Positions 1 to 13,633 of a stretch of DNA of 64,000 nt are shown piece by piece. Every line of letters begins with the position of its first letter. The first letter of the stretch is position 1. The translations under genes were made by a program, and so were the position numbers. Location: assembly GCA_964016885.1 (NCBI GenBank), contig OZ024740.1, positions 335,234,001-335,298,000 on the forward strand, given 5' to 3'. The notes beneath the pieces are model-generated. The model was not told the origin of the DNA and ran no database searches. It saw only the letters and a list, made by a program, of their open reading frames with translations. Source of the DNA: Eledone cirrhosa. Taxonomy: Eukaryota.

Positions 1-310
1 AGATTTGATGGTATTTGTGGTTTGGCGGGAAGTTTTTCTCAAGGATATAAAAAAATTTTTTAGCAATATTATCCTTAACTTGTAAATTAAAAGGAGCATT
101 ATACCAAGTAACTCGTCTATTACGGTTTCTATGTTGTTTATTATTTTTATTATTTTTATAGGTTGTATCATGATTTTTACTAGGAGGATTAATGTTAATG
201 ATCTCACCACAACTATTTTTAGTTATATTTGTAGATTTAGGTGTTTTATCTTTTTTATTAGGAGTTTTATTATTAATATTTATTATAGTTGTATGATGAG
301 TAGTTTTTTG

Positions 311-394
311 AGGGTTACTATACTTTATATTAGGGTTACTATACTTTATATTAGGGTTACTATACTTTATATTAGGGTTACTATACTTTATATT
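311..394. repeat. 4 x 21-bp tandem repeat (agggttactatactttatatt) at the inversion junction
   Basis: Four exact units; the source sequence occurs once, reverse-complemented, at 1750-1770. Confidence 0.95.
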
Positions 395-396
395 AG

Positions 397-2664
397 AATA
401 CTTACAAGAATCCACCACACAACTTTTTACTTGAAGACTTCGAGAAAGACCTTTTTAATTTAATTAAACACCTCAAATTTAAAAAGTATAAATCCGTCTT
501 TCAAAAGGACCTTGATTCTACCCTATTGGACCTAAAAAAGTCTAAAAAAATCCATGTCCACTCGGACAAAACTGGTAACTTGTATCATATGGATATTGAA
601 CATTATAATGAGTTCATATATAAAGAACTCAGAAAAAATTATAAAAAATCTAATAATGTGTCACTCACCAACATCAACAACAAAACACACAACATAGTAA
701 AAAAACTAAACATTGAAGATAGAACTGAACCTTTGGCATTGAAAAGACCACACTTCAACCTGAAAGATCACAAATCTAACTTTAACTCTAATCCTTCTAT
801 TAGACTTATATGTCCCTCCAAATCAGATATTGGAATAATTAGCAAAAAAATTTTAGATAGAGTCATCCCACAAATAAGAAAACACGTTATTTTACCACTC
901 TGGGAAAACACCTCCCAGGTAATTAACTGGTTTAAAAATATTAGGTGTAAATCTTCTGCTTCTTTCCTACAATTTGATATAGATAATTACTATTCTTCTA
1001 TATCACCTATACTCCTGAACAAAGCATTAATATTTGCTAAAAATAGATCTAATTTAACTTCGGATGACATTAACATTATTACACATGCTAGACTAACACT
1101 TATTGAATTTCAGAATGAATACTGGACCAGAAACACATACAGTAATCTTTTTGATATTACTATGGGTTCAAGCGATTCCGCCCAAATTACTGATCTTGTG
1201 GGCCTCTTTCTCCTTTTCAACATAAATGCCTCTTTTCCCCACCTCAAAGGTGGTTTATATCGTGATGACTGTCTTCTTCTTTCTAACAACCTTAGCCTTT
1301 CAGAAATCGAAAAAAACAAAAAACATATTAGAACTTTCCTTAAAGACTATTATAATCTTAATATTACTTTTGAAAAAACAAGTAAAGTAGTAAATTTCCT
1401 AGATATAACTTTAGATTTAGCTACGGGTATATACCAACCTTACCATAAACCTAACCAAAACTTACATTACATACACTCACAATCTAATCACCCTAAATCT
1501 ATCCTTAAAAACCTTGCATATAATATATCACTTAGAATTTCTAACCTTTCTTCTAACCAAGATGTATTTGATAAAAATGCGACCTTTTATAATGAAGCTC
1601 TAGATAGAAGTGGCCACAAAAATAGATTAGAGTATATACCTTCTACTAAAAATACTGAAAGCATACAGCATAATATTACCAACAAACACCAAATGAAAAG
1701 TACACACCTAAATGCCACCCACAATATACCCCAAAATACTAAATCTTCTAATATAAAGTATAGTAACCCTCAAAAAACTACTCATCATACAACTATAATA
1801 AATATTAATAATAAAACTCCTAATAAAAAAGATAAAACACCTAAATCTACAAATATAACTAAAAATAGTTGTGGTGAGATCATTAACATTAATCCTCCTA
1901 GTAAAAATCATGATACAACCTATAAAAATAATAAAAATAATAAACAACATAGAAACCGTAATAGACGAGTTACTTGGTATAATGCTCCTTTTAATTTACA
2001 AGTTAAGGATAATATTGCTAAAAAATTTTTTTATATCCTTGAGAAAAACTTCCCGCCAAACCACAAATACCATCAAATCTTAAATAGGTCTACAGTTAAA
2101 TTCTCATACTCTACAACAAATAACATAAAACAAAATATAAGTGCATATAATGCATATAAATGTAAGAAAACCATAAGTATACCACCAGTACATCAAATTA
2201 ACAATAATATCTCCTCAAATACAGAATTAACGAAAGGATGTAACTGTAGAAACAAAACAAACTGCCCATTAAAAGGGAATTGTCTTGTTAACAACATAGT
2301 CTATAAATGTAATGTTAAAACTAAAGATTCTATTTGCTCATATATAGGAGCTACCTCTAACAATTTTAAGACAAGGTTTAATACCCACAAGCATAGTTTT
2401 AAAAATGCCGCACTGGCTAATACAACATCTCTAGCAGAAAAAATCAATAGTTATAAAAATAAGAATATAAAATATGATTTGACCTGGAGTGTGCTCAAAA
2501 GAGCCACCCCTTATCAAAATAATAGAAAGGAATGTAGATTATGTTCCCAAGAACTATTTGAAATAATGAAGTCTAAGGATATCTTATTAAATAAACGACA
2601 GGAATTAATTATATCTTGTAATCATAAACTAAAAAAAACATTTAAATATTATAAACCTAATTAA
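397..2664 (+). CDS. PLE reverse transcriptase + C-terminal GIY-YIG endonuclease, 5'-truncated
   Basis: Frame stays open upstream of the called 526 start (NPPHNFLLEDFEKDLFNLIKHLKF). Motifs: DKT, FDIDNYY, MGS, catalytic YRDD (1258-1269), VNFLD, YHKP, SNHP, CNC..CPLKGNCL, NIVY..YIG..FKTRFNTH, CRLCSQE, LLNKRQE..SCNH. No internal stops. Confidence 0.93.
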   Translation, partial: NTYKNPPHNFLLEDFEKDLFNLIKHLKFKKYKSVFQKDLDSTLLDLKKSKKIHVHSDKTGNLYHMDIEHYNEFIYKELRKNYKKSNNVSLTNINNKTHNIVKKLNIEDRTEPLALKRPHFNLKDHKSNFNSNPSIRLICPSKSDIGIISKKILDRVIPQIRKHVILPLWENTSQVINWFKNIRCKSSASFLQFDIDNYYSSISPILLNKALIFAKNRSNLTSDDINIITHARLTLIEFQNEYWTRNTYSNLFDITMGSSDSAQITDLVGLFLLFNINASFPHLKGGLYRDDCLLLSNNLSLSEIEKNKKHIRTFLKDYYNLNITFEKTSKVVNFLDITLDLATGIYQPYHKPNQNLHYIHSQSNHPKSILKNLAYNISLRISNLSSNQDVFDKNATFYNEALDRSGHKNRLEYIPSTKNTESIQHNITNKHQMKSTHLNATHNIPQNTKSSNIKYSNPQKTTHHTTIININNKTPNKKDKTPKSTNITKNSCGEIININPPSKNHDTTYKNNKNNKQHRNRNRRVTWYNAPFNLQVKDNIAKKFFYILEKNFPPNHKYHQILNRSTVKFSYSTTNNIKQNISAYNAYKCKKTISIPPVHQINNNISSNTELTKGCNCRNKTNCPLKGNCLVNNIVYKCNVKTKDSICSYIGATSNNFKTRFNTHKHSFKNAALANTTSLAEKINSYKNKNIKYDLTWSVLKRATPYQNNRKECRLCSQELFEIMKSKDILLNKRQELIISCNHKLKKTFKYYKPN

Positions 2665-3139
2665 TAACATTATTCTAGAAATTAATTTAATTTAAATGTT
2701 AGTTAACCTATAAATTTAATTTAATTAATATTTTATTACAGATGAGAAAATATTATGTAATCATAAATTGTGAAAAACCTTTAAATATTACTAATATATA
2801 CTTAGTAATTTAATTTATAGATTAATTTTAATTTATTTAAACCTTTTTTTATTATAAATTTTTTTTTTATTATAATTCTTTTACAGATAAAATATAACAA
2901 AATAATATCATGTATCCAATGACGGAGAAATAATTTTTAGTATTATAGACCTAATTAATATACATTTTGGAAATATATTTATTATTTGGTTTTAGTTTTA
3001 ATCAACCTAAAAATTTTAATTTTAATTTGCTTAAAATTAGTATCCTTATACAGACGAATTGCAGAATGTCATGTAATCATAGAATGGGATGTGTTTTGGA
3101 TATATACCTAGTTAATATATTCTGTGCAATTTTTTGAAA

Positions 3140-3214
3140 AAGATATGTATATGTATATGTGTATGTATATGTGTGTGTTGTGTATGTGTATCTGTATGTA
3201 TGTATATATGTGTA

Positions 3215-3263
<49 letters not shown>

Positions 3264-4413
3264 ATATGTATGTATATGTGTATGTGTATGTATATGTATA
3301 TGTATGCGTATTAATTTTGATTTCTATTTGCATATAATTATATTATGCTATTGATGAAATACAATATCTGCTTTATGTATTGTATACCTAATTAACATAT
3401 ACTAATTAACGTATACTATTGAAATAAATATATAATTTTTAATTTAGTTAACATATAATTTATATGCTACTACCGATGTAATACTTTATTTTATTTTTAT
3501 TTGGGTTTCTTTTCCCTATTACTAAATTCATCTCCTAATATTGATACCATAACGTTATTAACTTTAATTTAGTTATACTGTAATTAATAATCTACTACTG
3601 TTTGACTTCAAAATTCTGCTTCAAATATTATAAACCTAACTAATTTACACCTTAGAAATCAATATGTTGACTATCTTTGGTTTAGTTAACATATGATTAA
3701 TGGTATACTTATTTATTTTGAGATGCATAGATTTCGTATTTCCTAGCACTGAAAATATGTAAGAACATACATTGAATTAAGATACGGAAAATATTATATG
3801 TTTCTTGTAACATATATTTACTTTGATCCCCTTCTCCAAACCCCCCCTTTCCCCCATACTATTATCATCTGTATTTGTAAGCGTCTATGTATGAATATAT
3901 ATGTAGGTAGGTGTCTATATAGGTTTGGGTATTTATATCTAAATATAAAAATACATATATGAGCATGCAAATATGAATGTAAGATTGTGTGTGTATATAT
4001 GATTGTACATACATATGTATGTATATATATGTATATATATGCATTATATATGTATGTGTATGTGAATGTGTTGTATGTATATGTGTATGTATGTGTATAT
4101 ATGTGTATGTATGTGTATGCTTGTATATATAGGAATATATATATGTGTATATATGTATGTATATGTATATGCGTGTATGTATGTATGTGTTTGTGTGTTG
4201 TGTATATATATGTATGTCTCTCTATTTATATGTTTATCTTCGTATCTATGTGATATATGTGTGTGTGTGTGCACGTATGCATATGTATGTGTTAGTGTGT
4301 GTTTGTATGTGTGTGTGTATATATGTGTATGTGCGCACACGCACATACACATATATATATATATATATGTGAGTGTGTATGTGTGTCTGTGTGTGTGTGT
4401 GTGTGTGTATGTG

Positions 4414-4449
<36 letters not shown>

Positions 4450-4753
4450 GATATATATATATATATATATATAGGTGTCTATGTGTGAATATATGTCTTT
4501 ATTCGTATGTGTGTATTTATGTATGTATATATTTATGTGTATGTATGTATGTGTATGTATGTATGTATATATATATATATATATATATGTATATGTATAT
4601 ATATATATGTATATTATTCTTTATTATTATAATATAACTTATGTGTATATGTGTATAAGTGAGATTGTGTATGTATATGTAATATGTGTATATATAAGAG
4701 TAATAAAATATATATATATATATATATGTGCATGTCTGTTTTTTATGTGTGTG

Positions 4754-4789
<36 letters not shown>

Positions 4790-4917
4790 TATACGTGTGT
4801 GTATATAGATATATATATATATATACATGTGGGTGTTTGTATGTGTATTTATGGTGGTATGAGTGTGTGGATATATATGTTTATATATATATATATATAT
4901 ATATATGTATGAGTCTA

Positions 4918-4968
<51 letters not shown>

Positions 4969-5286
4969 ATATATGTGTGTGTATATATATATATATGTGT
5001 ATGTATGTGTGTATATATATATATCTCTATTAATGCGTGTGTGTATGTATATACATATGCCTTTTTATTATTATTTTTATTTGTATGTCTGAGTTTGGTG
5101 AGGTTGTATTGTTTTTTATGTATATACACATATATGGAAGCGTATGTATTTATATATATGAGTATAAGTAGGTGCATATGTATGTATGATTATATATCTA
5201 ATTCTATGTATGAAGGTACATCTATATATATATATATATACGTGTGTATGTAAGTTGTGTGTGTATGTATCTATATGTCTATGTGA

Positions 5287-5334
<48 letters not shown>

Positions 5335-5423
5335 CGATGTGCGTATATGTATGTACATGTATGTACATGTATGTGTGTATGTATGTGTATGTATATTTAG
5401 ATGTATGTGTATGTATATGTATA

Positions 5424-5476
<53 letters not shown>

Positions 5477-6050
5477 ATATATATATATATATGGATATAT
5501 ATCTTTATTATCTATTTTTTATATATATGTGTATGTGTGTATGTGTTGCGCGTGTGTGTGTGTATATATATATCTTTTTATATGTGTATGTGTATGTTCG
5601 TGTAAGTGTATGTGTGTGTATGACTGTATATGTATGTGTGTATGTGTGTATGCGTAAATATCTCTATGTGCGCGTACATGTATGTATGTGTATATATATC
5701 TGTATGTGTATGTATATTATATTATATTTATTATATTTTATTGTTTTATTTTTTTATTTTTCTTAATTTATAGATACATTTATATTAGGCAGTCTGCTCA
5801 GACAATTGAATACTGACCCCTCCCCCCCCCCCCCTCCCACCTAATTTCTGTATCTTGATCTTGAAATGTGTGTGCCAGTGTTTTATGTGAGTGATTTAAT
5901 TTCTATGTGCTTATGATTTTATATCCACATATATAAATGTGAGTGGGGGAGTGTGTGTGTTAGTATGTTCGTGGTTATGTGTATATTTATGCATATACGC
6001 GCATGTATGTGTGATTATACTGATATGTGTGAGTATGAAAAAATATATTT
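3140..6050. repeat. Compound imperfect (TA)n/(TG)n/(TATG)n low-complexity tract
   Basis: Direct reading; densest at 3140-3305 and 3980-5720. Confidence 0.9.
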
Positions 6051-6301
6051 ATATGCTTGACTCCATAAGTATCAATGCGCATCTTATCAGCGCATTAAGC
6101 TTACAGAGATATTAACCTTGAAATTTTGTGTTTGCATCCATCTTTTTAGTATGCGTATACAAATTATACACACATTTTTGTAAAATATGTGTAAGGATTT
6201 TACATGTATATACACACACCGAACTGCTTTTAACCCTTTGTGTTTTCATTGGTCAATTTTGAACTGATATTTTGAATTGTTGTTATTATCAATAAATATA
6301 C

Positions 6302-6456
6302 TTCATTATTTCTGAAGACGGCGTATATATGTGTTAGATATGTATATTTAATCTTGATAATTTGTATAATTTTGTATAATTTTGTACATAAATCTGTTGA
6401 ATATGCATACCAATTATAACACATATATACCCTAGAAACGATCGTTAAATAATGAA
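6302..6456 (+). ncRNA. Type I hammerhead ribozyme with ~116-nt stem II
   Basis: Stem I ttcattattt/aaataatgaa; CTGAAGA 6312-6318; stem II includes gtatatatgtgtta/taacacatatatac; GAAA 6435-6438; palindromic stem III cgatcg; GUU site. Confidence 0.8.
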
Positions 6457-6501
6457 CTTTTTTTGTTTAATATAAGGAATTGTTTATTCATTATTTGTTT
6501 A

Positions 6502-7005
<504 letters not shown>

Positions 7006-7039
7006 TACACGAGTGTGTATGATTGTGTATAGAAGATTA

Positions 7040-7353
7040 TATTAATAAAAGGAATTCCAACTTGGTGTGATTTACTCGTTTTATTTACAATGCTTTAAAA
7101 TGTATAATGGTATTAGAATGAAATAGTATGGTAGAATATTAAATGTTAAGTGTTAATTTTCAACTCAGTTGAAAATTGCAAGCTTGACTGTCACCACACA
7201 TTATGAACCTGAAGATTGCGAAAGCATGAAAGTACTTGTTCAATTAACACTTAACATTTAATATTCTACCATACTATTTAATTCTAATACCATTATACAT
7301 TTTTAAGGATTGTAAATAAAACGAGTAAATCAGACAAATCATTCCTTTTATTA

Positions 7354-7355
<2 letters not shown>
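7040..7355 (+). mobile_element. PLE terminal fragment with inverted partial pLTR
   Basis: 7041-7158 is an imperfect reverse complement of 7242-7355; an HHR lies between the arms; ends in (TA)n. Confidence 0.75.
7204..7242 (+). ncRNA. Minimal type I hammerhead ribozyme
   Basis: tgaac-CTGAAGA-ttgc gaaa gcat-GAAA-gtac-TT-gttca. Confidence 0.85.
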
Positions 7356-7389
<34 letters not shown>

Positions 7390-7400
7390 TTGTGTGTGTG

Positions 7401-7481
<81 letters not shown>

Positions 7482-7630
7482 AAATATATATATATAAATA
7501 TATATATAAATATATATATATATACATATATATATGTGCATATATATATATATAAATTTATATATATATATATTTATATATATAAATTTATATATATATA
7601 GAAAAACCACAGACCCTCCATCTCAACTCA

Positions 7631-7668
7631 CCCTTTGAAAAGCAGAAGAACTGCGAAACCGGTAAAAG
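7631..7668 (+). ncRNA. Decayed hammerhead motif
   Basis: ttgaaaa (for CTGANGA)-gcag aagaa ctgc-GAAA-ccgg-TA; core mutated, stem I poor. Confidence 0.45.
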
Positions 7669-7797
7669 AACCAAATAAATATATATATATAAAAAAAATA
7701 AGACTCCAGTTACATTTTCGATTTCATCGCTTTTTCATTATACTTTCACTAGTGTAGGACACCTCGGTTATTTTTCATTTTGTAAAAAAAAACTCAC

Positions 7798-7954
<157 letters not shown>

Positions 7955-8753
7955 GAGAGAGAGAGAGAATAAGGAAAAGCGAAGTAGTTTCAGCTGTTCA
8001 AGTCCTTTAATAATAAAGCTGTGATATATATTTCAATGGCGACAGTGGCCACACTGTTCCGTGCGCCAGTGCCGCGACATCGTCAGACAGCTTGTTACAT
8101 AATAAGGTTATGTTTCCGAGGCAATCCAAATTAAATCGACATCTGAAGCTACTTCGCTTTTCCTTATTCGATATTTACTCCGTCACTCCTATGTGGAATA
8201 AGTACGTTGAGTGCTTGAATTGAATTGCATCAAGGTTTACCTTAAGAATTTAGCTCCAATTAGTTGAGCGTTCTATGATGTAAGCGATATAGTGAAGAAG
8301 AGAGGAACCAGCCACCAGCTACACCCGGAAATTCCCTCTTCCATGGGGATGGAACTCCCTTATACTGGACGGACATAAAAATAACTTCCGGCAGGATATA
8401 TACGCGGAAACAAAAACAACAATAAACCCCTATTTTCCTGCACCAAATTGCATTTGAACAGAAGCCCCCTCAATTCAATCTATATATGGACAAATTGACA
8501 ATCATATTTATCATGTATCTCCTATCTCATTTTGCATATATGTACTGTATGTGTTTTTTGCATTTATGTGATACTTTTTTGATATTTTTTGTGTTTTTTC
8601 TTTTGTGTACTTACTTCATATATGGGTGTGTGTGTGTGGGGGGGGGGGGTCCATGTGATAGAAATTCTAACTATGTACCCGCCTAACTACTACCTCTCAT
8701 ACTGTAATTTACCATCCGTTCTACTGTACAGTACTATCGTTCAGTATGTAGAT

Positions 8754-8937
8754 AATTGTCTCTACTTTAGGCACAAGGCCTGCAATTACCCAGTGCGTTA
8801 CTGGTACTTTATCTTATCGACCCCGTAAGGATGAAAGGCAAAGTCAACCTCGGCGGGATTTGAACTCAGATCGTAAAGGGACGTAACTATGCTGGAAAGC
8901 ATGGCGTCCGACCCTCTACCGATACTGCCAATCCACG
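8754..8937 (-). mobile_element. tRNA-type SINE, family A
   Basis: Recurrent ~185-bp unit with B-box-like gttcaaatccc and central gcctttcatccttacggggtcgataa. Confidence 0.85.
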
Positions 8938-9644
8938 TAGATAATATATCTGTAATATTAATACCCCTTTCAAAACTTCTTACTTAAACATCTCCCTACG
9001 TAGTAGATAGTATAGGTGCATATATTTTTTACTCACTTCAATCTATATTTTTTTTTACTCACCTCAATCTAGATTCTCACTTGTAAATCTTTTTAATTTT
9101 TAATTATTAATTTTTAATTTTTAATTTTTAATTTTTAATTTTTAATTTTTAATATTTTATTTCTGATTTTCGATTTTTAACTTTTAATTTTTAATTCTAA
9201 TTTCCAACTCTCATTCATAACTTCCACTGTGAAACCATGATACCTAGAATTAAGTATACTTTCTCTTAGAGGTTGATGGTCAATTATACTGTCGATGCTT
9301 AATGAAGGGTAGTATTGAGACCTATTGATACTCACACTCTCCCATCCCCACTGGCTTTCGGCTGACTGCCACAGACGGGGTGGCTAGCAGTGAACTATAT
9401 ATAACAGGCCTGAATGGGTCATTGTTTGGTTTGAGAGGGGGGAACCGATTAGGCGAATTTCGTTGAAATATGCGGTAGCTAATGGTCAACTTCCTTCGGA
9501 CCACCTACGCCTGCGCAGACCGGTGGGGGTGAATTGGAACTCACAAGGGAACGGATGAAGAACCCAAGAGCACACACTTCGTCCGTTTCCATGTCGATTC
9601 AATTTGGATTGCCTCGGAAACATAACCTTATCATGTAACAAGCT

Positions 9645-9694
9645 GTCTGACGATGTCGCGGCACTGGCACACGGAACAGTGTGGCCACTGTTGC
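9645..9694 (+). ncRNA. Hammerhead-like motif (GGAA variant); inverted copy at about 8039-8088
   Basis: CTGACGA 9647-9653, GC-rich stem II, GGAA instead of GAAA, stem III acagtg/cactgt, GUU here and GUC in the inverted copy; stem I weak. Confidence 0.55.
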
Positions 9695-9842
9695 CATTGA
9701 AATATATATCACAGCATTATTATTAAAGGACTTGAACATCTGAAACTACTTCGCTTTTCCTTATTCGATATTTACTCCGTCACTCCTATGTGGAATAAGT
9801 ACGTTGAGTGCTTGAATTGGATTGCATCAATATTTACCCTAA

Positions 9843-9945
<103 letters not shown>

Positions 9946-10229
9946 TATACAAGTGGAAGCTTAGTAAAATCGAAGCTTTGGCTGTGGTCAAGCAAAGTCG
10001 ACCTACAATTAGGAATGAGTAGCAAAGCACTCAATAAGGGTAGGTCCTTAGAGTAATAACATTACGTTTAGATAGCTTGACAATTTGAACATTGCGGTAG
10101 GCAAAACCCAAACACACAATACCAAAAGAAAGAACTAATCAGGTTAAACAACATATATATACACGCACACACACACACAACAATGACAACCATTACTACC
10201 ATGAAACGAACGAGAAAAAGAACCACATA

Positions 10230-10490
10230 ACTGACACCCCGTCGGTCACGACGACAAATGTTTCAGTGATAGATCAATGGAACAGCTTGCTCGCGAAACT
10301 AACGTGCAAGTAATTGAGCATTCTACAAACACACATACACTTAACGTATTTCTCAGGGACATTGAACGTGATGCAGTGTGTGACTAACTGGCACTTTGAA
10401 TTACAGGAACAACTCAGTTTTGCTAGCTGAGTGGACTGGCGCAACGTGGAATAAAGTGTCTTGTATCTGGACATAGCGCGCCGCCGGGAA
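10230..10490 (-). mobile_element. SINE, second family (CORE/V-like central domain)
   Basis: Minus strand: ttcccggcggcgcgctatgtcc..caagacacttt..ccagtccactcagct; recognised by resemblance only. Confidence 0.5.
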
Positions 10491-11054
10491 TTATTACAAA
10501 ACTGCAGCCATCACAAGGACGATTATAATAACTTTAAAAAATAACACTAACAAATGTAACAGCTATAACAACGAGAAAAAAATAGCAGCATCAACCATAA
10601 CAATATAGACAAAGTTTCTCATATTCTTACTGTCAATAGTGCTGGCACACATGTTAATGCAAGCCAGGGAGTTGTCTAGGTCGCAGAATTGGTAGAAAAA
10701 CATAAATTAACCTTAGCGAATCAAAGTTTATACAAATTTGTTTCATCAATTTGAACATATAATAATTTCCCCCGGTCAATAAATATATATTTAAACATCT
10801 TTACCACGTAGAAGCGTCGTGAAAATGTCCAAAGCTGGGATGTTCTCACTCATAACAGAATTTGGTGAAGGTCAATGGAAAAGGAAGGTACAGTAACTTT
10901 ATGAATGTGGCCCGTGCATGACGTGGGTAAAAGTAGGTTTGATAATTTAGCAAACCGTGAGATGCTTAAGTGTAAGAAGAGGACACACATTGTTTATCTA
11001 GCCAAGTGTGCTAAATTCACCAGTGCTGGTTGAACCTGTCATTTGAAATTTCAT

Positions 11055-11236
11055 GTGAATTGGCAGTATCGGTAGAGGGTCGGTCGCCATGCTTTCCAGC
11101 ATAGTTATGTCCCTTTACGGTCTGAGTTCAAATCCCGTGGAGGTTAACTTTGCCTTTCATCCTTACGTGGTCGATAAAATAAAGTAATGCACTGGGTATT
11201 TGCTGTGGCCTTGTGCCAAAATTAGAAACAATTATT
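11055..11236 (+). mobile_element. tRNA-type SINE, family A
   Basis: Same unit as 8754-8937. Confidence 0.85.
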
Positions 11237-11497
11237 AACAAACATACACGCATGCACATGCATACGCAAGCACACACATACACACACACACGTGCATATA
11301 TGTATATATATGCGTGTGTGTGTGTGTGTGTGTGTGTGTACACACAATATTTATACAACCAGAGATACACGCCTGAAACGATGCGTATATCCATTTAGTA
11401 CTACGTATATATTTGTAAGTTTATCCAAACATAGATATACACACAGTGATATACGCACGCATATCAACACACAGACATATATATATATATATGTGTA

Positions 11498-11528
<31 letters not shown>

Positions 11529-11615
11529 TGTATGTGTGTGTGTGTGTGTGAGTACGTGCGTGTGCACGCGCAAACACGCATATCAACACACTGACATATA
11601 TATATATGTCTGTGT

Positions 11616-11700
<85 letters not shown>

Positions 11701-12329
11701 TACGTGCGTGTGTGTGCGTGCGTAGAGAGAGAGAGGGTGAGAGAAAGGGGGGGGGGAGAGGGAGAGAGAGAGAGAGCGAGAGAGAATGTGTGTGTTTTGC
11801 GAATATATATGTTCATGTACATACAATATCTAATAACATATAAGTGCGTATAAACAGAAATGTAGGATCTTGTCAATTGAACGTTCATTAAACAAACTCG
11901 TGATGTAAAATTCGATCTACAAAACTGTAACGATATTTGCAAAGATGTTTTACAAGTTACTACCAATAAGCTAGCGGCTAGGCGCAGAAATGTTATCGAA
12001 ACAGATATAGTACCTCAGCCAAAATTATCTGTTAGTTCAATACCTATCCAAACAAAATAAAGATTCTAGCTGAAGGCATTCTTAAAATGTTTATTACTTC
12101 GCCTTCGTTAAGTGGATTCTACCGTCGAAATAGAGGCAAGCTATTTGCAGACATAATTGCTCGATGAAAATCGAAGTAACGAGAGAAAGGGAGACGAAAT
12201 AATAACAATTGTGTCAACACTTAGCAGTAAGGTGTTTGCCTTTCTCATATATCATATATCACTTAAACAATGCAGAAGTAAATGATAAAGTAGAAAATAA
12301 AACTTTCCTGTTGTTGTCTTCCTGTTTCT

Positions 12330-12860
12330 TCTACAACACCTACAACGGTACGCGATGGGACCCACCCACAGCCCCGGCGGAAATAATGGAGAGGGAGTTT
12401 CCCCGGAGCATGGTAAGCGAGACGCGCTGCAAAAGCCACTCCAACTCGGCTGGCCAGCTCAGCGCCTATGGTGGTGAGTAAGGAGGTAGCCTTGGGGCCG
12501 AGGACACCAGAAGTCTCCAATGCCAGGGGTACGACCGCAAACCTGTCGGAGAGCGACCGGTATTTGAGGAGTTTGGCCCCCTCAGCTCAACGTGCAGCAG
12601 AAACTGGGTCAGTCGCAGACTGCACCAGGTTGCAGCTGCATAAAGTGTCGGTGCACGTGGCACCCAGACGCGGGGTTTGCCACCGCGGAACGGGAAGATG
12701 GTCATGCCATCTGGCTTTTGCCGTCCCCTCGATCCAGCGCCACCGGCTCGAGCTGGGGAGGGAAACCTGCAGCGTCCAATCCATGCTTAATGACCTCGTT
12801 GCGGGCAGCATGGCGTGGAATGCGGCCGGCACTGTTGCGACAGGAAAGCCTGTGTGACTT
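12330..12860 (-). pseudogene. CRE-like non-LTR retrotransposon 3' fragment (restriction-like endonuclease), frameshifted
   Basis: Across frames: SCRNSAGRIPRHAA.NEVIK..LEP..DG..DGMTIFPFRGGK..ATCTDT..KY..ETSGVLGP; GC-rich island. Confidence 0.75.
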
Positions 12861-13551
12861 GTTTATTGATGAAAGATAAAGAAACGGTTAATTCTCCGGC
12901 CAGATGCTTTGGATCACTGCCATTACTGGATGGCGTTTATGTCTGGTCTTAACAAGCAGACTATTAAAGCTATTGTGAAACTACGTATTTTTAAAAGGAT
13001 GAATGGGTGTGAGTTCGGGGAAACGAGATAGCAGCAAATGTCTATAGGCGAAGTTAATGATAGAGTGTGGAAGCAAATGTCTGTTAGAACGGTAATAAGA
13101 CGGTGAGTAGAGTGTGAGAAGGAAACATAATAAGTAGTTGTGTAGGTGGTAGCGTTATTCTTGGTAGGGGTAATAGTGGTAGTGCTAAGATAATGAGGAT
13201 GGTGGTGGATATTCTTGCAAGTCTAATGAAATAGGTCAAACAAATGAAAACTTGGAATATTTTATATGTTAAAAAAAATATTAAAAATATGAGGTAAACG
13301 GAAAGCTTGGAAATAAATATGTGTGTGTATGAATGTGTGATTATAGGTAAAGAAAATCATGTGTGTATTAAGGCAAACGAAGAAGTTTCGTTTACATGTA
13401 GATATTTTTGTTATTGTGTATCGGCCTGTTACGCGTCTTTCGCAGGAAATTGGCTCAAGGTCACAAATCAAAATTATGGCCCTGACTCCATTCTGCCTGT
13501 GCTTCGAGTGCTTTCTTTGGCACCACCATCAATAATTTAATGAATCACATA

Positions 13552-13633
<82 letters not shown>

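Noticed and set aside
330-378. TTAGGG hexamers as telomeric repeat
   Set aside because: They arise only at junctions of 21-bp units and are not tandem.
131-463. 110-aa ORF with RVTILYI repeats
   Set aside because: Antisense reading of the inverted PLE segment plus the 21-bp array.
3112-5766. Many ORFs rich in YI/CV/HT repeats (also throughout the window)
   Set aside because: Translations of (TA)n, (TG)n, (GA)n and trinucleotide microsatellites; no coding signal.
9548-9590. Hairpin containing ATGA as a possible SECIS
   Set aside because: No opposing GA quartet and no associated UGA-containing ORF.
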